A DNA stretch of 64,000 nucleotides from the NCBI RefSeq assembly GCF_006345805.1, contig NC_042997.1, positions 3,472,001 through 3,536,000 on the forward strand, read 5' to 3'. A program made the translations under genes and the position numbers. The notes beneath the pieces are model-generated. The model saw only the letters and a program-made list of their open reading frames with translations, made no database searches and was not told the origin of the DNA. Source of the stretch: Octopus sinensis (lineage: Eukaryota). Below are positions 15,274 through 29,339 of the stretch, piece after piece; position 1 is the stretch's first letter; each line of letters starts with the position of its first letter.

Positions 15274-15653
15274 ACATCTGTGTGTATGTATACATGAGTG
15301 TGAATGCGTACGTGTGTAACAATAGAAAATTACGATCCAGGGAACAGAGTGTTGGCAGTTAATATGCTTCAAACATTTACGCGCCTAATAGACTTGACAA
15401 GAAATGGACAATTTATGATAAGACTTGTCTATTAACATAGTAAATAACATATGTCTTCCCATATCTAAATTCAAAGGAATATCGATATGCTGGCGGTAAC
15501 CAAACAACACATGGCTTAAAAAGAAACGAATGGGGATAAAAATCGAATAGGTAAGGAGTGGAACAGGTAGAGCACGGATTACTGTCGGCTCATAGTAACA
15601 TGAAGCTTGAAATAAACAGCAAAATACAAAAAGACCAGATTAGCTAATCCCCC

Positions 15654-15692
<39 letters not shown>

Positions 15693-15943
15693 ATATATAT
15701 ATATATATATGTTTATATAATCTCGGCACATATTCTATCTATCTCAGTTTTTACTGTCTCTCACCATTTTCCCTCTTTCCCTCCCATCACATTCTATCGA
15801 TGAGCGTGGCCTAGAAACGTCAATAGTTTTTCCATTCCCGAGAGTTAACTTAATGAATCTGCATTTTTCGCTCTCAAATCTAATCATTTTTCGTATTCAG
15901 TAATTTCGAAACACACACACACACAAACACATACACACACACA

Positions 15944-16043
<100 letters not shown>

Positions 16044-16113
16044 TATATATATATATTTATTTATATATATATTATATATATAATATATATATATATATAT
16101 CTATATATATAGA

Positions 16114-16158
<45 letters not shown>

Positions 16159-16293
16159 TATATAAATATTATATATATATATAATCTTTTTTTAAAAAAT
16201 GTTGATATATAGTTAAATAATAATAAATTAATTAATCTCACGTATTGGCTTGTATGATTTGCCTAATAGTGGTTTTATCTCTAACTTAAAATA

Positions 16294-16366
<73 letters not shown>

Positions 16367-16689
16367 GCATTACCTCGTGTTCGGTACAATGTGGTCATTA
16401 TGGTAGTTTTGAATTTCAGTGTCCTTCCTAGCGTGAGGCATTTATGTATAGTAATGCCCTTAATATAAATAAATATATTTATAGGGAATAATAAATAAAT
16501 TTTTCCCTTAAGTTTTTCACGCTAACTACTTGATAAATTCTTATAAAGATTTTATTCTATATTTAAATTGTATATATATACAAACTTAGATAAAACTTAG
16601 ATATGTTTCGACCAAAGTTTGGTTCAGGCCTTGTCTAACTTAATAGCACCACCTGATAGGATTGTTCGAATCGTGTTTCAGTCAAGTTT

Positions 16690-18850
16690 TGTTTATGGTC
16701 AATTCAAGTAGTGAGTTTTTGTTGTGTGAGTTGTAGCCAATTATGGGTGGCTTATCTGGTATTCTTTGAAGGAATCTATCCAGAATCCTTTTATAGTTGA
16801 TGGGATCCTTTTCCTATTTGATCTCTTTCGGGACAACGTGAAATAAGGCAGGGCATGTTGGGGAAAAGATATTATGTTGCAGTGTACATGTATGCTGTGA
16901 TCTTGAATTGGGCAGTGGACATATGGCCCGTGGTCCCAGTCTTGGATGAACCTTGAAGCTAATGTTCAGGTCGTTTGGGCAAAGTTGGCAGTATATTCTC
17001 CAAATCGTACAAATGATGTACCGCTCACAGCGACGCTGGCGAGATTAGAGTTTCAAGGTTTAAGGCGATCCCAATAATCGAGAGCAGCAATTCCTTCAAT
17101 TCGTTTAGTGAGTGCCCTCTGGGGTGATTCAATCCTCGAGATGTTTGTCTTGTATGGGGAGACCACAGTGGGGAGCAGTATTCGAGGTGTGGCCGTACAA
17201 AGGAGGAGAAATGTGGTATGATGACACCTTGTTCTCTGGACCGGAAAGTTCTTAAGATTCAGGAACTCATCCTACGAGTTATATCGACCTTCTTGTTGAT
17301 GTGTGCACTCCAACTGAGAAAATCATCAACAATTACACCCAGGTATCTGATATTGTTAGAGGCTATGAGCGGTTCCTCTGAAGGAAGAGAGTATGGCTGT
17401 TTTAGTGAGGAATTTCTTCCAAAATGCATCAGCTCAAATATTCCCTCGTTCAGTTGTATTTTGATTATATCTGCCTATTGACTCACAGCATATAGATGAG
17501 ACTGGAGTTGAGTTCGGTCTGCTTCTTCATTGACGATTTGGTGGAGCTTAGTGTCATCAGCAAATATCTTCACTTTGCAGTAATGTACGACGCTGGAAAG
17601 ATCGTTTATGTAAATTATGAAGAGTAGCAGACCCAAGACAGTCCCCTGGGGGACACCGCATGTGACTTTTGCTGGGTTTGAGTGACTCCATCACTACAAC
17701 ATATTGTGTTCTATTCGCCAGGAAATACTTAATCCAGTGTAGAACGTTTCCACGGATTCCAACATTTGCCAATTTTGAGAGTAGGATTTTATGGTCTACC
17801 CTGTCGAACGCCTTACTGAAGTCAAAATATATGACATCAGAGTTCGAACCTGTTCCCAAAGCTTTGAGTACATCTTCAATGTGGTGTAAGAGCTGTGCTA
17901 GACAGTCCCTTCCACAGCAAAAGCCATGCTAATATGCATTTAGGAGTTTGTGGGTCTCCATGAAGTCAGCTATCCTTGACACTCTTTCAAACAATTTAAT
18001 GATGTGGGAGATGAGTGAGATTGGGCGATAGTTGAGTGCGAGGGATCTGTTTCCCTGTTTGAAAACCAGGATAACTGACTGGGATAGTAACTGTTTCGGT
18101 ATATAACCTGCGTCTAACAGAGGTTGGTCAGAGGGACTGCAAGTTGGCGTCTACATTCCTTCATGAGACTAGCGGGAAATCTATCAGGGCCTACAGCAGA
18201 GTAGTATTTGACCTCATTTATCGCTGCTACGATGTCAGTGGCAGTGAAGGTTATGTTTGAGATTTTATGTTGGGAGTCAACTTCGTTCGCTTCTCTTACG
18301 TCAATACCAGTGGGAACACTAAAGACAGAGCAGTATTGTTTCTGCAGTATATCTGCCATTTCTTTGGCATCGTGTTGGGGAATGCCGTTATCATCAATCA
18401 ATGGCCCAATGGGTGAGACAGTGGTTCTATGCTTATTTGCATAAGAATATAACACTTTTGGGCTCTGTTTAATGTTTTTGATTATCCACTGTTCCTCCAC
18501 AACTCTTTGATTTTCAATGGAGGTTTTCATGTCGGTCTGCAGATGAAGTTTTTCCAGCTCTAGCCTTTTCATTGTTGTTGAATGTGGATGTTGTATGTGG
18601 GAATATTTTAATTGGTTGATTTTTTTGTTGAGTCTTTTGATGCGCCTTATGAGTTTTTTTTTTCTTTTTAGAGAGCCGGTTTCTGTTTGTGTTATTAGAT
18701 TTCGTGGGAGCGTGTTTAGAGCATGTATGGGTGACAATGTTTTCAAAGTGCTGCCAAGCGGTCTCAATATGGGTGGAATTGAGAGTAAAAGACCACTCGA
18801 TAAAAGACAGATCCTTTCTAATTGCTCCCCAGTCCGCTTTGTGGAAGCTT
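16690..18850 (-). pseudogene. Linker, reverse transcriptase and C-terminal region of LINE ORF2 (disrupted)
   Basis: YRPISLISHIIKLFER, IYFDFSKAFDRVDH, GVPQGTVLG..LF and IFADDTKL, spread over several frames. Confidence 0.93.
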
Positions 18851-19600
18851 ATGTTGTCAAATGAGTGCCATAGAGAGGGATTTGCTGGTTTGGTTTTTTA
18901 TGTCGGGAATTAAAGTTGCATAGTACCATGTCGTGGTCTGAGAGGAGAGTTTTTTCAACTGAAATAATGTGAACGAAGCTAGAGTGATTGGTCAATAGCA
19001 GATCCAAGATCGTTTTATTCTGTCTCGTTGGTTCGAGCACTAGCTGAGTCAGGAAGTATTTATCCATTAGATTAAAGAGCAGTTCTGCTGCTGCTTTATC
19101 TGATGTAGAGCATTTTCCTAACTTCAGAGTATTTGGGGGCCTGTTCACATGAGGGAGGTTAAAATCACCCATCACTAGTTTGCTTCCGGAGTGGTACTTC
19201 CGAAGGAAGGACTTGACTTTGCTAAGGCACTCTTCAAAGCACTTTAGAGGTGCTTGGGGAGGCCTGTAAAGACCAACAAGGATTATGTCTTTGGCCTTGC
19301 TGAATAGTGATACCGATTCACAGTAGCCATTGGAAAATATGTCCTTGGCATCAAGTGAAAAGGTGTCATGGATAAAGATGGCTGTCCCTCCCTTATTTCG
19401 GTCTGGGCGATCCGCACGAACAATGGTGAAATCTTTTATTTTCACCTCGGCGTCCATATTGGTGTTGTTCAGGTGAGCCTCGGTAAGGATAGAGAAAGGG
19501 ATGCAATGTGCCGTTTCGGCAAGCCAACTCTCTATATATGGGATCTTTCATTTTTGGGCAATAATTGATGGGTTGATGCCACGTACATTTAACAGGAATG
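18849..19600 (-). pseudogene. Apurinic-like endonuclease (APE) domain of LINE ORF2
   Basis: NVRGI, TEAHL, DRPDRNKGGTAIF, LYRPP, MGDFNLPH, LDLLLTN and SDHDMV motifs. Confidence 0.93.
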
Positions 19601-19654
19601 TCGAGGTAAGGGAAGTTTGATGTTTGCATTGTTCTGAGTTATGTTTTATGTTGT

Positions 19655-20399
19655 TCAGTGGTAACAATGTGGGCAGTTCTTGTATGGAGCTGTGTGTGTA
19701 TGATTTTCTTGTTGGCAGTGTGTGTGTGGTCCTTGTGATTTGTATAGGTGTTTGCTGATAGCTCGTTGGATCTCCTGGATTAGGTTGATCTTCATAGTTT
19801 CTAGGTAAGTCAGTAAAAAAGAGTTACCTATTTGGTTTGCCACTTGGTCAGAGGATACATATTTCACGTTGGTGTTATTTGGTGCTATGGTTTTTTTCAT
19901 GGTTCTGTCTACGTTGTTTGATTGTAGGAGGGGAAACGTGGTTGTATTTTGTTCTTGTTGTTGTCGTAGAATTCCTCTGTTGCTGTTTATATTTATTTTG
20001 CGATCGTTTTGTGCCATTCAGATGGTGGTGGTTGCATTCTGGGTTCATGCACATCCTTAGTGACACATACGTTTGGCACAGTTTAGGATGGAAGGTGCAT
20101 CCATATTTGGGATCAGGGCCATGGACTCTGTATTTAGGACAATATATGGGGTGGAATTGAGGGCAGTTTTTTCCCGTTTTACCATATGGACAGGTGCCCT
20201 TAACAAGTCTACGATATAGCGTGGGATGGAAAGAAGTACAGCGTTCATTGTTGTTGGTGCCGCTGGGGCCAAATCTACAGTTGCCTTGAGAATAGTAACG
20301 GCAGGGTGTTTTATGTGGGTGTAGTAGTGTTGATGTTGTTGTTGTTATTGTAGTTGTTGTTGCTGTAGCAGCAGTGAAACTTGATTTGAATCGGGCCAA
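19655..20399 (-). pseudogene. LINE ORF1 with tandem CCCH zinc fingers (one frameshift)
   Basis: ORF 19875-20399 contains CRYYSQGNC-x12-CTSFH, (Y)RRLVKGTC-x8-CPQFH, a truncated third finger and CQTYVSLRMC-x4-CNHHH; continues in ORF 19655-20017. Confidence 0.75.
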
Positions 20400-20521
20400 G
20401 TACTGGTTCCAATGTAGTAGCAGAAGCAGGCTGTTGTTTTTGTAATAGTGAGTTTTGGTTTGCCAGAATGGGTGGAATGGGTGGAATTAGGTCAGATGTT
20501 TGTTGCTTGCTATCGGGTGGT

Positions 20522-20572
<51 letters not shown>

Positions 20573-20736
20573 TATATATATAATATATATATATGTATGT
20601 ATGTATATATATATATATATATCTATATATATATATATATATATATGTTTATGTCATTGAAATTAGAGAATCGCTTATTTGAAATAAAACAGATATTATA
20701 CTACGCATTATATGTCACATTCTTTTTTTCCTTTCT

Positions 20737-20959
20737 TTGTTTCAGTAATTTAACTGTGGCCATGCTGGAGCACTGCCTTAAAATGTGTTATTAGATGGAA
20801 TCGCCCCCAGTACTTATTCTTTTTAATCCTAGTATTTATTCTATCTCTACCTTTTGCCGAAAAGCTAACCTATGGAGACGTAAACTCACCAGAATCGGTT
20901 CTCTAGCGATGGCGGCAGTACAATCCCAAACCCACACGCAAACAAACACACACATTATC

Positions 20960-21026
<67 letters not shown>

Positions 21027-21160
21027 ACGGGCTTCTTCCAATTTCCATCTACACTCAGAAGTCTATGGTCGGCCCGAGGCTCTAGTAGAAATGACTTGTC
21101 CAAGGACCCGCCCAGTGAGGCTGGACCCGGGAGCATGTGGTTCAGAATCAAACTTATTCC
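20737..21160 (-). mobile_element. Composite SINE: tRNA-like head, internal (TA)/(CA) microsatellite and LINE-like tail
   Basis: Head at 21026-21160 is homologous to 15122-15273; the 3' half ends GGCAGTGCTCCAGCATGGCCACAGTTAAATTACTGAAAC on the minus strand; same layout at 46490-46865. Confidence 0.75.
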
Positions 21161-22057
21161 CAATTATCATATTGAAATGATAAGTTTGACAAGCATGAAG
21201 AAAGCTCTTATTTTTAAAACAGGGCTGGTACTGATAGCCAGATATGTTAAAAACGATTGAGTTCTTCTTTGAAGCGTTATTTGATCTAGTAATTAAGAGA
21301 AGAGAAGGATATTTATATGAATGGTACAACAGATCGCATATACTTAAATTTTGCAAGGACTATCTTCACAATTTATATCATAATTCCGCTACCCTTGACA
21401 CAGCTGTCGGGCCTGTAATACCCTTCTATCTCTAGTAACCCCTCTCTGTCTATCTCTCTCCCTCTTTTTACTTCATCCTTTCTGGTTTTCTCTTCCACCC
21501 TTCCCTATTTTTCTTAGCTCCTTTTCACCGTTCCGTCTCTCTCACTCTTTCTCCTTGAATCTCTCGTCGCTGACACGTGACGAAAGATAATCCATATTTC
21601 TGTCCGTTTCATTCCTCAAGACAAGACGTGCTTATAACTGTCTCCTCTTATAGCTCGTCCTCTAAGTGTTTCTAATAAGTTTTCTATACTCTTGGCTTAA
21701 CAGCACTCATCCTTTGTTTTTAATGTCTTTTTTTTCACTGTCCTGTTATTCTTACCACCTTCACAAAAATCCCAAAGATTATTTCATTTGCTTTGCGGGA
21801 AGGAGTGTTTCAAGGAAGTCGCATATTGTCCTTACCTTCAAAGGATGAAGGGGATTGTTCTTTATGTTTCATGTCTCGTTTCTCTTTTTCTTATTTTCGC
21901 TATTCGGAAAAAGTTCGGTTCCTTAGTTTTAGTTTTTATGTTTTCGTTTCTCGTTGTGTTCAACGTTTTTTTGTTGTCCTGTAACCATATATGCATGTAT
22001 ATATACATATATATATATATAGGTAAGTACATATATGCATATATTCATATATTATTG

Positions 22058-22138
<81 letters not shown>

Positions 22139-23051
22139 TAGATGATAGTTAGATAGATCGATAGATAGATAGAGAGATAGATATAGGCAGAGAGAGATAA
22201 CGAAACATAGGACAAGGTTGAAAGTGCTGGAGGACATTTTAGTACATATTCCATTCCTTGCATGAAACATATTAAATCGTGGAAAAATTAAGGTATTGCA
22301 AAAATAATTCCATAGTTTTGAAATGCGTGGGACATTTTCCTTTTTCCTATATTAAATATTTCTTAAGGTCTGCTACTACATACATTCCGATGCTTCCCAA
22401 AAAATAAGAGAGAGAGAGAAGAAAATCTGCCACATACTTCAAAATTGTGTAAATTCTTAAAGACCCATTTCATTTAATTTGTCTACATTTTAATTATTTT
22501 TGATGCTGTACTCAAATCTCAATTTTATTCATCACAAAGTTCTTTTAGCATGTTCTACCTTGTCCTAGTTTCCTTATACATATCAACATGTGTGCTACTT
22601 TTCAAAACCCTCTACACACGCACACGCACACATACATACGCACATACACACACACACACAAATATACATTCGTACAATCACTTATATATAGACATAGAAA
22701 GAATATATAATTTATGATGATATGATAAATATTTGTCATCGAATCTCGCGCATTATTTTACTTCTGGATACATAAATACATACATTCATTTATAAATATA
22801 CATGTGTGTGTGACTTTATCTGTGTGTGTTTGAATATTAAGTACAATAAAACATATTTACATGTATACATATATATATACATATATATATATACATACAC
22901 ACACATACACACACATACACACACATATATACATATATATCTTATACACCTCCGTATACATGTATATATGTAAATCTATATTTGACTTATTCTCATTTAT
23001 ATTCACACGCACACACATATATTAGATATGTCTCTCACTCTATGTTTGTCC

Positions 23052-23183
<132 letters not shown>

Positions 23184-24316
23184 GCTCTGAATTACCCGGC
23201 ATTCTTCGGGTTACAGAGTTTAATGAAATTTAAAATCTGCGTCCAGATCACGCACGTCTCCACTCCTAGAAGCTAAGACAATATTTTTCTATATTAATAA
23301 CTCTCCAACACATGCTAGATTGGAATATAGACGTTAAGTGAAATGTTAAAAGTAAGTTTCCAACTCCTGTAAGTATATAAAGTAAATACGCGTTATTAAA
23401 AAACACTATCGGTGTAACATATTTCATAACCAAAAAAACAGGTACAGATTATAAACGATGAAAGTCCGATTTTGGTGATCCATTTGAAGATGTTGTAGAG
23501 AGGTAATGACAAATCTGACCTGAGATCTTGAAAGTTTGCATGAATCCTTGCTCAGGTAGATCGCATGTAGCTCCAAATGTTGTCATCTGCTGCGCAGCTT
23601 TTGTTGTCTAATTTGACCTTGGATGTGCTTGGAATCTTGCGCAGTTGATGACAGCAGTTCCTTTCATGTATCTGCTTGTTGGGGGATTGCTGGGAGTTCA
23701 ACACTTCCACTAGTGCTAGAATCGCTCAAGGCCACGTCCTTGCTTTACAATGTATGTACACAGTTGCTATTGCAGCAATGGAAATTCTAGTGACATCTGC
23801 ATAATGAAATGCTCCTTCATAGAGGTTGCTTCTCCGAGCTATTTTAACTACTTTTCGTTCTGCTGTGTAGGTCCTATTTTTTTGTCAGCCTTGCATACCT
23901 CTGTTCATTATTTTGATAAGCTCTGGCTTTTGTAGTGCGCAGCCTGTTGGTTTCTTGATATGCTTCCATTTCTACAGCTGTCTCACTTTCCTTGGACAGA
24001 GACATTATTTTCGCTCACCTTCCTCACTTGGCTTCTAGGCGTAGTTTTATACGTATACAGAAATACACTGGTGGGGAAGATAGAATACGATGAAAATAAC
24101 TGCGTAACGGATATTATATTTCTTAATACGACGGGCAGAAAGTAAACAGGAATTTTTTACGGAAACTGAAGAATTGTACGGTTTGAAGCGAAATTTGTGA
24201 GAGAACCAAAGAGCCAGCATTGAAGGAACCGGAAAAAGATGTTACCATCAGAAAACCTCTAAACCGTTGCAAAAGTTAAAAATATTTTTTTAGGGAAATT
24301 AACTAAGTTAATTTTT

Positions 24317-24527
24317 GAAGTTACTTCTGTCAGTAAATTATTAAGTTACATTTTCAGTAATTCTGTCAAAAATAAAAGAAAAAAGTTGCGAAAGTAAATA
24401 AGAAATTTGTACTAAAATTTAACAAAGTGTACGGTTTTAAGTGAAATTTATGAAGTTACTTCTGTCAGTAAATTATGTATGAAATTACTTTCATCAGTAA
24501 CTGTGAACTTCTTTCTGTCAGTAATTT
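24317..24527. repeat. Five dispersed copies of a ~23-bp motif GAAGTTACTTCTGTCAGTAAATT
   Basis: Exact copies at 24317 and 24452; degenerate copies at 24343, 24481 and 24505. Confidence 0.8.
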
Positions 24528-24919
24528 GTCGTTTATGTTTGTAAATAGGTATTGAAAATTTAGAGTGAAAACAATATCGATTGAAATTAAAGGGTAAAAA
24601 TATCTGCATAAAATGAAAGTGAAAAAAAGTGTGTGGGATATAGAGAGAGGGAGAAAGGAAAAAAAGCTAGCCATGTAGACAAATAAAATATTTGTAGATA
24701 TATAGATAAGATATAGACAGGTAGATACAGAGAGATAGATAGATATAGAGATAGAGATGAATGGAGGGATATAGACGGAGAGATAGAAATAAATAAAGGG
24801 AATGTTATAGAGAGATGAACAGAGAGATGCAGATAGATCAATACAAATGAAGAGAAAGTCTCCAACATCATTAATAAATGATGGAATTAGACGAGCAAAG
24901 GAGTTTGATATACAAACAT

Positions 24920-25590
24920 TAAGGAATGTCAACTGAAATACTACACCAGACTTATAAATACTCCCATACATCGCCACACACAACCTAGAAATAATGAGGC
25001 CTCTAATATCATCATAAAAAATCTACCCATTCTCACAGGAGATAAAACAATGAACAAACTTTTAGGCTCACACAAAATTATCAAGCGTAATATGCAACTG
25101 AAATCATTGAAAAACATTAACCAGCACGAGACTATATATCCATTAACAACGGAACCAAAAGTTAAAAATGAGTGCGAGCTAAATGTAGTATATGCTCCCA
25201 CATTTTGCAAGGTACAAAGTTCCACTTTAAACAAGGTGAACTGTTTAAGATAAAATCACATTTCACCTGTCCCTCGGAAAACCTAATCTATGCTATTACC
25301 TGTTTAGGCTGCGAAAATCACTATATAGGCCAAAGAGGAATGTCTCGCCGATGAAGAACTACTATTCACAAAGAAAAATCCGCTGCCCCCAATACAGACA
25401 GATATAGTTCAATGAACACATAGAAAATGGATTGAGAACCTTAAACCCAACTTCCTAATTTTTACTTTCTATCAGTGCTCACAGAACACCCCAGTAGAGC
25501 AACGAATAAATAGATAGACAACTGTCATTAATAAAGTTCATCTACAACTCAGCATGAACACACGACATAATACAGGACTCTACTAATTAA
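24920..25590 (+). mobile_element. Penelope-like GIY-YIG C-terminal relic
   Basis: KIKSHFTCPSENLIYAITCLGCENHYIGQ, then T.HKEKIRCPQYRQI; upstream LPY....NPRNNEA..IIIKNLPILTGD. Confidence 0.8.
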
Positions 25591-25592
25591 CC

Positions 25593-25652
<60 letters not shown>

Positions 25653-25656
25653 GCTG

Positions 25657-25975
25657 ATAGCTACCTAACTCAGATACCAGGAAACCCAAAAATGGCAGAA
25701 GTTCAAAAGATAGTGCTCATGGGAACTGTTCATATCCTACGCAAAATACTCTCTATATAACCTCAAGGTTTAAAACAACCATAATTTTCGGTTTAAAAAA
25801 AAAAAAAAAAAAAAAACTTTTTTTTTAGACATTCATTAGTACAACATCCCCACCCCCCAAATATATGGCACACTAGGCATAACAACAACATGAACTTCCA
25901 ACCCTGTTGTCTCTTGAGGTCTCTGGGTGAGACTTGGAGCCAACTTGTACAAATATAAAGCAAAAGTCAAACATA

Positions 25976-25977
<2 letters not shown>
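25657..25977 (+). mobile_element. 5'-truncated Dong/R4-like 3' end between (AAT)n tracts
   Basis: YLTQIPGNPKMAEVQKIVLMGTVHILRKILSI* is homologous to the C-terminus of ORF 32451-36356; AAT arrays at 25598-25652 and 25978-26060. Confidence 0.88.
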
Positions 25978-26046
<69 letters not shown>

Positions 26047-28751
26047 TCAATAATGATAATAGTTATGTTAACAACAACGACAACATACTCATTTTATTGC
26101 GTGAATTATTATTGACGCATGCTCATGTATTTTTCACGTTTTCCGAAATCCATTAAAAGCAAAATTTTAATATGTAAATTTTATAATCGATAGAATTGTA
26201 CACCGTACTTTTTTAAGAAATACTTAATAGAATTTACGTTGATATTACGTCGATTTCATTTGAGATTGTTATGGAATTAAATTAAATATCACACAATATT
26301 TAGGGTGACCTGCAATGTATGCCTCACCAATCAAATGTTTCTTCTCCTTGCACTATTATTGGGCTAAATATGAAAGTAGACATCTAACGTGTAGTTCAAT
26401 GACAATGAAAAAGGTTGTAAACTGTAGACTGTGAAGTGAATGAGAGAGATAGTGCTTAAATACATATTTCATTTAAATACCCAATATATTACTAGGAAAA
26501 TTTCCATTTTCACGTATGTGTATGTGTGTGTGTGTTTGTGTGTGTGTGTGTGAGTGTGTGCATGGGCGAGTCTATGTTTGTGTTTGTGTGTGTGTGCGCA
26601 TGTAGGTGCGTCTCCGGGAAAGAAGTGTATGTGCTACCGGGCATGTGTATTCTAATGCATGTGTACATGCCATTATTGTTTTGTGGGTGCGTGCTTTTCT
26701 ATTTGTATGATAGCTATTATCTCAGTGGTAACGCGGAGTATTTTTCTATTCGACAGAATATAATGAAACCCGGCTATAGATTGAAATCTCCTTTGATAGT
26801 TTTTTTCTCTCTTTTTTTCACTTGTACAGCATATACCGTCAGCATCAGATGTCATTAAGCAACAATGAAGTAACATTGATTATTATGAACGTGATACATG
26901 CATCTATTGAGTATAGAAAAATTTCATTTTTAGGGGTAAATTTTAATATTAGGACAATATCAGTTATATCATATAAATTTATAAAATGGTGTTATAATCA
27001 GTGACATACGGAAGAGTCCTCATTTAAAAAAAAAATCTTTATCTACAGTGGGAAAAATATTATAACCTAATCGGTAATATTCATATCTTATACAAAACAA
27101 CGTCTTATAACCCAAGTAACTGAATTAATCTAGCACTATTAATTTCGATTCTGAGAGGAAACATAATAGACCTACCGGCGTTCTGGATAGGGTGATGAGA
27201 TGAAAAATAGGTGTAACCTCAAGGAATTCCTAATGCAACGGACTCCAATGCAACAACTGAAGAATGAAGCGAATCATAATTTGCGTTACGACCAAATGGA
27301 TATATCTAAGTACCGAATTATAATTCCATAGAAGATTTGAAGTGAAATTTCTGTTTTGTTCAATTGTTATCCATATTCATTGTGCACATTAATTCATAAC
27401 ACACACTTTACAAATATATTATTTATAACTTTTTCAGCATATCGTGAATTTTGGAATCAGTTTAGTTATGATTAAAAGCATTTAACAAAAATAACATTTT
27501 CAGCATATAATTTTATCATATATCCATTTCCTTAATTTTCAAGAATTCTTTCACTTTTCAAGAGAAATTTATAACTTTTAAAGACCTTTTCATTCAACAC
27601 GTCAGTTTTGTATCTCAACTTCTTAGAAATGATGAGCTTTCAAACACCGATTTGACTTCAACAAGATAATTTGCTAGTATCTCCTTCAAAGAAATTACCT
27701 TAAAAGCACGACGTGACGTTGTTTTGAAGAAACATAGATTAGTCCAGCATTTACTGTTTTAATTCTTGTTTGTTAGATGCGATTTTTTTCGGAATTATTT
27801 ACATATTTAACATGCATATGAATGTCGAAGAGTAAATATTAAATATTTATCGGGGTGGGTCCCTCTCGAATATCATATCGCTGCAATGAGTATTACTTAA
27901 AAGATACATGTCGAAATTCTCCATATATATGCATATACAACGTGCATATACATACATAGATGTAAATGATTTTCTGCATTACAGAAATATTGTTACCAGT
28001 TCAAAGCCATAGGCCAGTTCTTGTAATATATTTAGGTTTCGGATAGTATTTAATCTATTTTTGCCGGTTGAATGCAAACAGAATGATAGCAAAAGAGAAT
28101 AAAATATCAGTATATGTCCCCATATTTGTAATCTGACATCAGGGAAGACAAAAATCGAACCCTATCGGATTTGAACGTTAAACTGTGTAAACATACAGTG
28201 AACAACTTATAATCTGATGTTCAATAACTTCTGCCTATCTATCGCTTTTTCATGAAGAATATTAATAAAGTATAATACCGATGACAGGGACATTTAAATG
28301 GAATACGTATATTCAATATATCACTTGGGCTGGTTCATTTATGTCTATCATAATTTATGAACTCAATAATCATGAATGAATAGGAAGACAACAAGACACA
28401 AATTATGACAACATGGATAATTATAATATCTTTTACTTGTATCTATGTAGATGAAAGCCATTCTGTAAATTATTGATATACTCATATGATTCATATTGAG
28501 TCAATGTTTGTACTTGGGTCAAGCTATATATTGTTGGGGATGGTTCTCTTATGAATTAATGCATGTGTTATAGCAAGTGTGTGCATGTAAGCAAACATTA
28601 AACAAATATATATCAAACAAAATAACATGCACAATTATATACACACGAACATTTATATACAAAAGTAAGCGTGTGTTATATACATACAAACGTCCACACA
28701 CGAAAGCGCACTCATGCATACAGACTATATGCACGTACATATATATGTCTG

Positions 28752-28809
<58 letters not shown>

Positions 28810-29339
28810 ATAATTGTGTGTGGGTGTAAATTAATACATGCTAGCAAATAAAAAATCAATAGATCGATAAATGTTACATGTGGTAGGATAAAACGACAAT
28901 CAATACTCTGTACACGCAAACATAAAACCTTGTGTAGCTGCTACACGTATCTTCATGTATTTTGTATGTACGTATGTATGTTTTCATGTATACACACACA
29001 CACATACACACACATATAGATAGATTGATATATAGATACATACATATATTCATATATACATACATATATATATTTATATATATATATGTATATGTGTGTG
29101 TATGTGTGTGTGTGTGTGTAACTGGGAATTTGTGCGGTGTATATATAAACATATATAAAGGCATATATACACATCTATATGCATATGTCATTATCCATGT
29201 ATACAGACAGAGAGGTAGATAAATAAGTACATATATGCATACATACGAACACAGACACGCACACGCACATATATATATATAGATGTACACATATAAACAT
29301 GAGGTTCGCCTGAAACTTAGTATACTGATGTACATACAT

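Larger units (their letters stand above)
16575..20523 (-). mobile_element. Near-full-length, frameshifted CR1/L2-group LINE (ORF1, APE, RT)
   Basis: Ordered on the minus strand: CCCH-finger ORF1, APE endonuclease, linker, RT and C-terminal YWDRLKTLKL..RRCERY..IPDKP; bounded by TA tracts. Confidence 0.92.

Noticed and set aside
16600-16640. Hammerhead at the LINE 3' end (CTGAACC..GGTCGAAAC, minus strand)
   Set aside because: The core lacks GA at positions 8-9 and there is no cleavage triplet or stem I; better read as the LINE 3' tail hairpin.
23500-23950. Possible RTE-type LINE relic on the minus strand (similar hint at 57200-57420 on the plus strand)
   Set aside because: Only vague motif resemblance; too decayed to support without an alignment.
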